A DNA stretch of 64,000 nucleotides from Amphiscolops sp. MND2022 (Eukaryota): NCBI GenBank assembly GCA_964187785.1, contig OZ076416.1, positions 27,776,001-27,840,000 on the forward strand, written 5' to 3'. The position numbers and the translations under genes are program-made. Below, one piece after another: positions 34,071-43,264 of this stretch (the stretch's first letter is position 1; every line of letters begins with the position of its first letter). The notes beneath the pieces were generated by a model that worked only from the letters and a program-made list of their open reading frames with translations, ran no database searches and was not told the DNA's origin.

Positions 34071-35238
34071 TCAAGGCGTTTCCAGCTCCTGGTCAACATT
34101 TTTTGCCTGTTCGTGCTTGCAGTGACTCAACTTGGCATCACACTTGGGACAGAAATGAACGGGATAGTGGCACCTGCAGTGTCGTACAATTCAATTTAAA
34201 AAAAATTCTAACAGACATCTCCCAGACTTTTAAGATCGAATTTTTGCTCATCGAAACTGATGAATATATAATGTATTGAAACTCAGAGCCAAATTTCGTC
34301 CCAGGAAGTTTCATTTCAATTAAGGACCAGATTTCCAATGAATTAGGTCGCTTGTAGGAGAAATAAATAAATAAAACGTAGTATCCGAATAAGCACCGAC
34401 TGAAATTTGCGCTAATCTGATTGTCGGAAATTTCGATTAATTTCAGTCCGCGCCTTTGATAACAAAAAGTGCCGACAGTGGCAAGTTTTTTTTCAGCGCA
34501 ACGTGAATAACAAGCGCAACGAATTTTTGGTAAAACCTAATTCACTGCTTATAACTAACCCTAAACATGTTTGGTCAACTTCTTTTGCAAAGCCGTTTTT
34601 CCATTTTTAGAAAATACTAAACAGAGTAATGTCTTACAATCTTTGCACTAAAATTTGTGGAAACTCTACATAACCTTATCTACGCATGTCCCTCTTTCTA
34701 CCAAAAACCTGACAAAACGACGCTGACCGACATCTACCACACCTTCTTTCAAAAGAAGTACAATGAGACAAACACGTGTACATGGAGACTCCTATGCAGA
34801 TGTGGAAACTGCAACATTTTTGAAAAACTACGACCAAATTAAAACTCGGACTATCCAAGGGGGAAACCTCCTAGGGCTACGCCCTGAAGTCTATTCTACT
34901 ACTACTACTACTACTACTACTAACCAATGCTTCAATTGTACAACACTGAGCACGCACCTGAGTGCTATGAGTGGGATTAGGCAAAACGGCCAAAGGAACA
35001 GCACGAACAGAACCATGAATGCTACCCACGCCTTCCTCTTGCGTTTCAGAATGACCACAGTGACTACACGCGACCCACATTGGCGGCAGTAGGTGTCACA
35101 GGGGGTGAGCCTGCCCTCGGGGATGGAGCTCAGGTCAACTGACGGGTACAGACCCGGTTCGCTGTGACCTCCATGGGTACTGGTCTGATCACACTCGTAA
35201 GCAACAGCACCAGGATATTCGAAAGATTCGCCACTAGG
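34071..35238 (-). CDS. LITAF-domain protein, last two coding exons (34958-35238 and 34071-34173)
   Basis: Spliced reading PCDTYCRQCGSRVVTVV...AWVAFMVLFVLFLWPFCLIPLIALR|CHYPVHFCPKCDAKL gives the CxxC - hydrophobic segment - HxCPxC LITAF pattern. GT-AG intron with matching phase 2. Confidence 0.85.
34897..34922. repeat. (ACT)n microsatellite in the LITAF-like intron
   Basis: About 8 tandem ACT/CTA units. Confidence 0.85.
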
Positions 35239-35296
35239 CTGCAACAAACAATACTTTCAATACTTTGTTTATGCGGAAATATGCATTGCCGTCTAA

Positions 35297-35489
35297 TTTT
35301 TAGTCGGCGCTTCATGAAGTGAAACGCGACTATACTAATGGCTTTTCAATCCAACTGACCCATTCTATTTTTTGATGTTTTGCGACAAAAATGTTGAAAA
35401 ATCCCAAAGGGTCCCCTTTTAGCGCGTGAGGGGCCCGCCAATTTGGTCAAACATTTTGGTTTTTCTGGTACTGTAAAAGAATACTTGAC
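35297..35489 (+). mobile_element. 5' part of a HINE-like copy split by the Polinton (3' part at about 47500-47551)
   Basis: TTTTTAGTCGGCGC start. The right flank of the Polinton continues ...GCTATTTTTGAGCCTTAGATATGGCG, as in intact copies. Confidence 0.7.
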
Positions 35490-35714
35490 AGTAGTATACG
35501 TTGGTAGGGGTATTCGCACACTTTCGTTTCTCCCTACAGTTTAACATGGAGTTTTTGCAATTTTCTGCAAAAGGTAACCATATAAGGTAACAATTCTCAG
35601 CTAGGGCCACCTCTAAGTTGTGCGGGAGCGGGTAGAATCATTTAGATTAACAATTTGAACTGTATTCGCAATCTGATGATGTCTTTTTACACTCTTAAAA
35701 CTTATAACTGAACA

Positions 35715-35803
35715 GGCAGTGTAGCTCTAGTGCTTAAACCCGCTGCAGCGGGCTCGATGGTACCGTGATCGAGCCGCACCCTAAGCACTAATCCTGCACT
35801 ACC
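35715..35803. other. Branched (Y/T-shaped) GC-rich hairpin inside the left end of the Polinton
   Basis: Stem TAGTGCTTA/TAAGCACTA encloses the palindrome CCCGCTGCAGCGGG and the hairpin GGCTCGAT/ATCGAGCC. Confidence 0.7.
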
Positions 35804-36108
35804 ATTTTGATGGAAATCAACAATAAAATTGACCCTGAAAATTAAACACGCAGAGGTTAAAATACCAGATTTATTTTGACACTTCGCCACGCTAATCAAT
35901 AAATTTTTCCAGTCAAATCAGTTGTGCGTACCAAAAATATCGTGAGAAAGTTGCAATCAAGCCGGTGATTAATCTTTTCCAATTCAGACGCTAATATGAC
36001 TTTTTGATTTTTTCCCACCAAAAAGATGACATATCACAAGTCGATTGAAAATAAAAACCGAGTCCAGAAGTTGCATTTCATTTCAACTGAAAACTTTGTC
36101 AGTACATC

Positions 36109-38053
36109 ATGACTTCCACTACAAAAGAATTTTCCACTGAACGTATGAGATACCTTCTATACGAGACAAACAAAGTCTTCACACAAAAAACCTGGGACTC
36201 TTCTGATCAAGACGACAGTGTGACAGAACCCATACCCAAAAAAGAATACAATCCATTGAGAAACACAACCCATTTGGTCGAAAGTCTCAAAAAATTCCTC
36301 GAATGGGTTATAGATTACTCCAACTTGGAATTTTGCGTGGCTCTGCATGCGAAGGAAGACGACGCAAACGAAATGGATATTTGCCAGAGTTATGGAAGAC
36401 TGCACTATCACGTGATACTCTATAGTGTGAAATTTCCCAAAACCATGGATAAAATTATCAAAAAGAACTTTACCACTGCCCTCGAGGAAACCATGAACTC
36501 GCAGAACAACTACAGAATTGAAATGTTCAGCACAAAGAGTTCATCTTTTCGAAGAGAATTTTTGAGAAACACAAAAACTTTGGTGACACATGGGCCATCT
36601 ATTCAACAGCACTTGAAGGGATTGAATCATACAAGCAGCCGCAATCACGTTGACTGTATCTGGGACAAATGTCAAAAAACTGGGCGGTATGAAGCAAGCC
36701 GCGACACAATCATCGATCGAACCCAAAAATTCTAGACAACGTTGAAGAGTTGGAAAAATCCGCCAGTCAGTTCAAACATGTGATACCCGATATCGTCAAC
36801 TTCCTCACCCAAAACAGCTATGCAGGGTGGCCACTTCAAAATTTCAAATTTGGGGGCAGATGCAAATCTATCTGAAATGTTACAAAATTAACGGAAATCA
36901 TGGTTAATAAATATCATTATGCCGTGGCATGTTGAAAGTACTTGAAAACAACAGGTTAGAGGAATGATATCTTCGCTCACCGCGCATAGTATTGCAATTA
37001 TCAGTCATAACGTAAGCAATCTGCTCGTAGTTAAGCTTAAACTCAGCAAGTACGGTACAGAAGGCATCAAAAACAGCACTGGAACCGACAAATTCGACAT
37101 CTGATAGCTTCTTTACGGAGTCATTCAAAAACTCATCAACCGAAAATTTTGCTTCCAATTCAATTGTTCTGAGATAAGAATTCTTTCTCAATTCCCCATC
37201 AAAGTGAACGATCCAGAATTCGAGGCGGCATTTCTTATGGTAGCTCGATTCATCCATATGAATACCCACACGGTCACAGGAAGTGATTTTATCGGTGACT
37301 TGGTCTCTTACAAATGGGGCTATCGCTCTCGTTATGATGTATCCCGTTTTCGTTTTCCCACAATTAATCGCAGCAAAGGAGCTATCTGGGAACATCACCT
37401 TGTAAAGTGACCGATTGCGACTAAAGCATTCGCTGGATCTAAAGCTTGCGTCATCCACGATGATCTTCAAGCAATGATAAATAGTTGCACGCAGCACGCC
37501 GGTCTCCTTACTGCAACTCGTATAAAGCGCCGCGGCAATGTTTGGAGTACGGCTCGAGGTTGATGGCATGTTCTTCTTGTGCATCGCCGATTGTTCATGT
37601 TGTTTCAATGCAAATAATCCTCGTGCAATTTTGACCACTGTATTGCAATATTTGCAGCGCACTGAATGGTCAAGTCCCGGAATGCGCAGTCCCCAAGCAA
37701 ACTTCTCGCTTAAGTTGTTCGTAAACTTGCAATCTCCACCCATCACTACCTGAAAACATTAAAAAATTAAGCGATACATTTATTTGGGGGTTAAAATTAT
37801 GCTGGGGGCAATTTGGGGGCATTTGGGGGTGCCCCCAAATTTGGGGGCAAAGTGGCCACCCTGCAGCTATGGATCCTTCACCAACTCCCAACACAGTTCG
37901 GTTTTAAAAGTATCACTCGACCTGACCGACGCTCAATGTTGCTGCCACGACTGCTGCTTTCCCGAAAAACAAACTCCGGAGAGCAGAAACTATCAATTCA
38001 TTGACGAAGGAACTGTCCTGTTTGAACAATCATTTGATGGTATATTCAGCTAG
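36109..38053 (+). pseudogene. HUH-motif (Rep-like) ORF of about 298 aa, broken by a 1-nt frameshift (A5 at 36725-36729) and the hAT insertion
   Basis: CVALHAKED...GRLHYHVILY motif. After removing 36823-37871 the frame runs on to a Cys-rich tail (CCCHDCC) and stops at 38053. Confidence 0.5.
36823..37863 (-). mobile_element. Internally deleted hAT transposon (1,041 bp) nested in the Polinton
   Basis: 14-bp TIR CAGGGTGGCCACTT, 8-bp TSD CAGCTATG (36815-36822 and 37864-37871), TTTGGGGGC subterminal repeats. ORF 36904-37746 has a BED-like finger (CKYC...H....H) and MDES/TDNC catalytic motifs and is 3'-truncated. Confidence 0.92.
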
Positions 38054-38071
38054 ATTTCAGTTGCTAAAAAT

Positions 38072-38506
38072 TTGCTTTCAATCATGTTGTTTCCTGAGTA
38101 TCTTGATATACAACAAGTAATAAAAAAGTTTGATGAACTAGTAATTATTTTCCCACAAAATAAGGTCAGCAAAAATGCTTTTCTCGCAGTGTGTCAGGTT
38201 ATTGACCCAACACGGGACCTGGCAGCAATAAATGTAGAATGTGAGTACGGAGGCTTGATAGGGCCAGGCAACAGTTTCCTACATCCTTTGCTTCAGAAAT
38301 TTAAACTTTTCCGTGTTCACGCGGCCTTTCATGATGCATTTGGTTTCATGAAAGAAAAGTATAATTTGGGATCAGGATATGTTTACACATTGGGTGAGGA
38401 ACCATCATTCAAAAACAGCTGCCTGTTGGGTCATTTCACCGGCTTGTTTCTTTGGATGTATCTAAAACTGACACAATCACAGATTTATTCCGAGTTGCCA
38501 TTTTGA
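38072..38506 (+). CDS. Parvovirus/adintovirus-type phospholipase A2-like protein
   Basis: YGGLIGPGN (Ca-loop-like) followed by HAAFHDAFG (catalytic HD). Confidence 0.7.
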   Translation: MLSIMLFPEYLDIQQVIKKFDELVIIFPQNKVSKNAFLAVCQVIDPTRDLAAINVECEYGGLIGPGNSFLHPLLQKFKLFRVHAAFHDAFGFMKEKYNLGSGYVYTLGEEPSFKNSCLLGHFTGLFLWMYLKLTQSQIYSELPF

Positions 38507-38522
38507 CTAGTAAGCATTCCAA

Positions 38523-38810
38523 ATGTCAGCTGCTAGCTCCAAGCTACCAAACACATCACTGCAGCTTTCATTGAATTCGAAAGTTTTCATACAATATAAT
38601 CATCAGAATCATTTTTGCATTTACCTCGAAAAGATTGATTCTGGTGTCTGTCCGCTAAACAATTACAGGTTGAGACACCTAGTTCCACTCACTTTGGAAG
38701 AACTTCTCCAACTATCGGAAGCATCGAAAATTCTTTGTTCAACCCTAGAATACAACTATAATCTTTCTAAAAAGCGAGAATACCCAGATGCCAAACCATC
38801 TCGCAAATGA
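38523..38810 (+). CDS. Polinton hypothetical protein (95 aa)
   Basis: ATG-initiated, co-oriented and tightly packed between recognisable Polinton genes. Confidence 0.45.
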   Translation: MSAASSKLPNTSLQLSLNSKVFIQYNHQNHFCIYLEKIDSGVCPLNNYRLRHLVPLTLEELLQLSEASKILCSTLEYNYNLSKKREYPDAKPSRK

Positions 38811-39099
38811 AAAAGCTAAGGATCAACCAGACACACCAATATCTGTTACTGGAGGCAGTCTGATTTTTGACAACGACGAAAACGAGAGACCTCCGTGGAA
38901 ACTTCAATGCTGTTGTATTAGAAAAGAATGTGAGCGATCGCTCCTAGTCTTATTACTGCATTATTTTATCGTCTTTTTGGTTGTGGCAGCAAGTATAGGG
39001 TTCTTATTCCTCAAGCAGAGCGAAAACAAGGGCAGCATAGGAGTGGTTGCCATCATATCAGCGTGCTTAGGCTATATAATTCCGTCACCGAGACAATGA
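38788..39099 (+). CDS. Small two-TM protein of the kind found upstream of Polinton ATPases
   Basis: CERSLLVLLLHYFIVFLVV...ISACLGYIIPSP. Its stop overlaps the ATPase ATG (ATGA at 39096-39099). Confidence 0.65.
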   Translation: MPNHLANEKAKDQPDTPISVTGGSLIFDNDENERPPWKLQCCCIRKECERSLLVLLLHYFIVFLVVAASIGFLFLKQSENKGSIGVVAIISACLGYIIPSPRQ

Positions 39100-39791
39100 A
39101 CAAAATAATCAGCACAGATCCCCACTGTTTTCTCATGGTAGTTGGACCCAGTGGCTCGGGAAAAACTTACTTAGTCTCGCAGCTTCTGAAACAGCATCAC
39201 CAAATTTTCAAACCGAACTTCCAACAATTTCTGTACTTTTATAATCATTTTCAACCCATTTATCAAGAACTGCAAGTGTTACTGGGACCAAAAACTTTTC
39301 ATCTTTGTCAAGGTGTTGACTGGTCTCTACTGGACAAGGCATCGGCGTCAAACCAACACACTCTCGTCATTTTCGACGATGTCTATCAAGAAGTAGCTGC
39401 CGCGAAAGAGTTTTTGAACCTCGTGATTTCCGGCCGACATCAGAAACTACATCTGCTGGTCCTGAAGCACAATTTGTACCAGCAGTCAACAAACTCCAAA
39501 ACGATTGATCTGAATGTTACACAATTGTTGTTGCTGAGGAACCCACGAGACACTAATCAAATTGACTACTTGGGACGACAACTTGGTTGCCGAGAACTTT
39601 TACTCAATTCGTATAAAAGAGCAACGCAAGATGAGTTTGGTCATTTGCTCATCGATCTGGATCCCCGGCTGAATGAAAACTTGCGTTTTTCTTCAAACAT
39701 AGTTTCTAAACCAGCCATTTATTACTGTAACACTTCAAACTCGACAGCAATAAACATTGATGATTCCTTCACAACATCTTTATACAATTGA
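39096..39791 (+). CDS. A32/FtsK-like genome packaging ATPase
   Basis: Walker A GPSGSGKT, Walker B VIFDD, and GRHQKLHLLVLKHNLY motif. Confidence 0.92.
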   Translation: MNKIISTDPHCFLMVVGPSGSGKTYLVSQLLKQHHQIFKPNFQQFLYFYNHFQPIYQELQVLLGPKTFHLCQGVDWSLLDKASASNQHTLVIFDDVYQEVAAAKEFLNLVISGRHQKLHLLVLKHNLYQQSTNSKTIDLNVTQLLLLRNPRDTNQIDYLGRQLGCRELLLNSYKRATQDEFGHLLIDLDPRLNENLRFSSNIVSKPAIYYCNTSNSTAINIDDSFTTSLYN

Positions 39792-40080
39792 GTTGTTCTC
39801 ATCTTTCAAACCAATACTAAAAAGACATTTCATCTTACATTGTAGTGACGATATAATAAAACTTTTCTGCAATTGCCTTTTCAACATCAAGGAAGGAGCG
39901 ATAGAGCTCAAAAATGTGAAACCTAATACTCTCAAGAAAAATAAACTGCTCATTCAACAGCTCTGTTCACCTAAGATCAGGTTGGCTGTGAAGAGAACTA
40001 CTGGCGTCCAAGCAAGGACAAAGTCTTTTACGCTTGCTAAAAACTTCAATATTAAGATATCTGAAACTACAGTGCTATGA
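39757..40080 (+). CDS. Conserved small basic Polinton ORF (C-terminal part probably frameshifted)
   Basis: LHCSDDIIKLFCNCLFNIKEGAIEL...LKKNK resembles the C-x-C..N..G ORF seen after the ATPase in Polintons. Confidence 0.5.
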   Translation: MMIPSQHLYTIELFSSFKPILKRHFILHCSDDIIKLFCNCLFNIKEGAIELKNVKPNTLKKNKLLIQQLCSPKIRLAVKRTTGVQARTKSFTLAKNFNIKISETTVL

Positions 40081-40733
40081 GCAAGCCAACAAAGCGGTTT
40101 GTACTTGTGCCAGCTGATGTGTACTTCAACCAAGGAGAGGAGAAGGCCATTAACGGCGGCTTAATTGCTCAACCATCAGTAGCAACATCTGAATCGAAAA
40201 GGGCCAAGTTTTCCGAACAAGACCTGAAAGAAGAACTTATCAAGGAAGAAACACATTGCGAATCACCTTTGGAGGTGACCACAAAAGCGAGTCAACTCGA
40301 TGTTCTAGATCGACTTGCGCCGTCGAATCGTAAAGAAGCAATCGATCAGAATAAATTGTGGAACATAAATAACAAAATACAAACAATCATTAGTAAATTG
40401 ATCGAGCTCGGCTTTAGCAGCAGCAAGTTGGAAAGATCACGAATTATATTACAATCATTTTTCAAAAATTCGCGACTGTCTCTTAACGAATTGCTGGAAA
40501 TACAACTGGACGGCAGTCCAACACAGGTAAACCTCCTAGCATTTCTGAGTGACCTTCAAGTTGCCAACAAAAAACTGGGTGAAGCATCACTGAATGTGCT
40601 GCGTATACTTAAAATCACAACTAAACACATCATAGCAAATGTCAAGGCAAAAGAGGTGGTGTCGTCAGCGGGACAAAACGATTCGACATCGAGTTCACTT
40701 TCTTCTTCGACCTTGTGGGTCGAGCGCTTCTGA
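40077..40733 (+). CDS. Polinton hypothetical protein (218 aa)
   Basis: ATG overlaps the previous stop. Starts KRFVLVP. Lies between the ATPase block and the integrase. Confidence 0.55.
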   Translation: MSKPTKRFVLVPADVYFNQGEEKAINGGLIAQPSVATSESKRAKFSEQDLKEELIKEETHCESPLEVTTKASQLDVLDRLAPSNRKEAIDQNKLWNINNKIQTIISKLIELGFSSSKLERSRIILQSFFKNSRLSLNELLEIQLDGSPTQVNLLAFLSDLQVANKKLGEASLNVLRILKITTKHIIANVKAKEVVSSAGQNDSTSSSLSSSTLWVERF

Positions 40734-41915
40734 TGACGGCCAATTAGCAGCAGAACTCATCAATCAACTCTTGATTCGAGCAGAAATTGAATTAAATCCC
40801 GGACCTCTCAAATGTAATTGCTGTAAAAAGCTTTTGGGCAAAGTACGAAAAAGGCACCAACTGTTTGGTGTCACGTTTGCGGATGGGTACACTTCAAGTG
40901 CAGTGGCTTAAACACACCATTGGATTATCAAAAGACTACCAATTTTCGGTGCCCGTGGTGTGCCACCAATACTAGATTCGCAAACGAAAGTTCAGACCCG
41001 GCACTTTTAACATTGCACAAACTCTACACTTCAACAAGCAGTCACGCCGCTTTCGGCTCGAGCGAGGTTTTGAGGAAGGCAGCAGCAACAAAAGGAATCA
41101 AGAGAAAACAAGTTGACAAATTCCTTTCACAGAGCGAAACGTACACCAAGTTCCGCGCTGGTATACACAAGTTCACCCGGCTTAAAGTGCAATCTTACCG
41201 AATCAATGAAATTTGGTCTGGTGACTTGGCAGATGTGCATCAATTAGCAAAAAACGACGGCAAGAAATTCCTCTTGGTTTTTGTGGATTGTTTGAGCCGA
41301 TTCCTCCGCGTGGAAGCAATTGAAACCAAGTCAGCGACGCAAACAAGGACTGCACTACAGCGTTTGATACGGAAGCAAAAACCAGAAAAGATTTGGGTGG
41401 ACAAAGGAAAAGAATTTAAGGGCGAATTTGCCAAGCTATGTGCAGAGAAAAACATTACAGTATATAGCACCCACAGTGAGATGAAATCATGTTTGGCCGA
41501 GCGCTACATTCGAACTCTCAAGTCAATTTTATTTAAATATTTGCATGAGAACAACACCAGTCGATACATTGATCAACTCCAAAACTTTGTTAACCTCATC
41601 AATTCTCGACCTAACAGGAATACAAAGATTGCTCCGAAAAAAGTGACAAAGAAAGATGTACCGTACCTCGTTTCGTTATCAGCCAATGCCAACCCTGTGA
41701 AAAAACCACGGTATAAGATTGGTGATACAGTAAGGATTCGATTGAAAATCCCCACTTTCAACAAGGGCTATAAAATTCAGTTTACAGAAGAAATATTTGA
41801 AATTGTAGCCAATCCGACACTGAACCCCCCGACGTACACAATAAAAGACAAGGACGGCCAAGTCATCGAAGGAAAATTCTACGAGGAAGAATTAGTTTTA
41901 TTTCGTTACAGTTGA
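40733..41915 (+). CDS. Retroviral-type (rve) Polinton integrase with a probable N-terminal 2A-like peptide and PHD finger
   Basis: WSGDLAD, VDCLSRF, WVDKGKEF and LAERYIRTLK (DDE core), then the GDTVRI...GY...FTEEIF...TY.I.D..G....GKFYEEEL tail. Upstream EIELNPGP and C4HC3-like residues join via one A in the run at 40825-40829. Confidence 0.88.
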
Positions 41916-41944
41916 GTAGGTAGCTAGATGACCTTGTGCCTGCA

Positions 41945-42787
41945 ATGGAACAAACTTTTACAATCAATTTAATTCCCAATGCTTCCATGCAAGTGTTTCC
42001 TGCAAACACTATGGCTTGATTCACAACATTATTACCCCATAGAATTGAACTAGCTGGAGACTGGGAAGTTGCCATTCTAGAGGCATCTTGGCCGGCCAAA
42101 GTTAAAAACATTACAAGCGCCGCATTAACGTTGAGTTGCTTCGACAAAAAGTCAGAGACAAACAAGACCGAAACATAATGGAACGATACCAGACAGCTAT
42201 TATCCAAACGTCGACATTCTGATGACTAAACTGATACAATCAGTGTATCAAAGAAACGACACAAACTTCCCAGTTAGTTGGAAAGTTGATCCAGTCAGCG
42301 GGAAAATTGAAGTTTTTTTCCACAGTCAAGAGTTGGAAGATCAATTTTGGCTCCTGTTCAAGTCAACCGATTTGTCAAACACACTCGGAATCACCGATAC
42401 GATTTGTTGCACAATTCAAAGCCAACTTGAAAAAGGTTACGCCGTGCAAGGCACTTACCCGGTCGATCTACAGGGTGGTCGGCACACAATGTTTTTATAC
42501 TGCGATTTGATTCAAAACGAAATCTTGGGTGACGCTCAAACAGCTCTTTTGAGGGCCATACCGTTGAACCAAAGAGATGCTGTTTCCAATGCAACATGCT
42601 ACAGAAACTTTCACAAATTGCAGTGGAAAAACCTACAAGGTCAAATTTTCAATCAATAACGATAAGACTGTGCGATGAAAGCGGCCAGCTGATGCCTTTC
42701 GTCAGTATTGGACGAACCAATCTCACGCTAGCTTTCCGTCGCCGCAGCGGCCACTCGTCTTCATTCAACTCAAATCAACAATTCTGA
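41945..42787 (+). pseudogene. Minor capsid (penton) protein with nonsense and frameshift lesions
   Basis: MEQTFTINLIPNASMQVFPANTMA*FTTLLPHRIELAGDWEVAILE..., FLYCDLIQNEILGD...LLRAIP, and ITIRLCDESGQLMPF. Confidence 0.8.
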
Positions 42788-42820
42788 ACAGTTGCTAACT
42801 AAAAGACCAGAACACAATCC

Positions 42821-43264
42821 ATGGATGCTTACTATGCTTCGCAGAGGACATTCCACGGACCAGCAAGGCAATTCGGTTCCTGTGCAGGTCTGGGAGCCTT
42901 TCAAGTTCGCGTGGGACGGACTGCCATGCCGCTTTTGAAAAAATACGTCGCCCCAATAGTCAAACAAGTAGGCAAAAATGTGCTGGAAGCCGCTCTACCC
43001 GAAGTGGCCAGTCTCATTTCAGGCAAAAAGAAGACGAAGAGGGCGATCAAGGATGGCGTCAAGCGGGTGATAGCAAAAACTATTGAGCCGAGTGCCGCGG
43101 CGTGCGGCACGGCGGTCGGCGGCGGCGCAGCCAGAAAACGAAAGCATGCTGAGTTGTTGAAAGCTCCATCAACAAAAACAATCATTTCGAACAAAAAGAC
43201 TCCCAAGAGAAGTCGGGCAGACATTTTGACCAAAGTGAGATTTGCCAATTCTTCCAACAGTTGA
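42821..43264 (+). CDS. Basic core-protein-like ORF (adenovirus pVII/pX-like)
   Basis: YYASQ...RQFG..GLG..R.AMPLLK..V...GK pattern, with a Lys/Arg-rich C-terminus. Confidence 0.6.
   Translation: MDAYYASQRTFHGPARQFGSCAGLGAFQVRVGRTAMPLLKKYVAPIVKQVGKNVLEAALPEVASLISGKKKTKRAIKDGVKRVIAKTIEPSAAACGTAVGGGAARKRKHAELLKAPSTKTIISNKKTPKRSRADILTKVRFANSSNS

Noticed and set aside
34891-34957. Poly-Val C-terminus of ORF 34891-35247
   Set aside because: Read-through into an intron with a (TAG)n microsatellite. The real C-terminus is the 34071-34173 exon.
40639-40911. Independent 90-aa gene
   Set aside because: Its 5' part overlaps the 218-aa ORF, and its 3' part is better explained as the frameshifted 2A-PHD start of the integrase.
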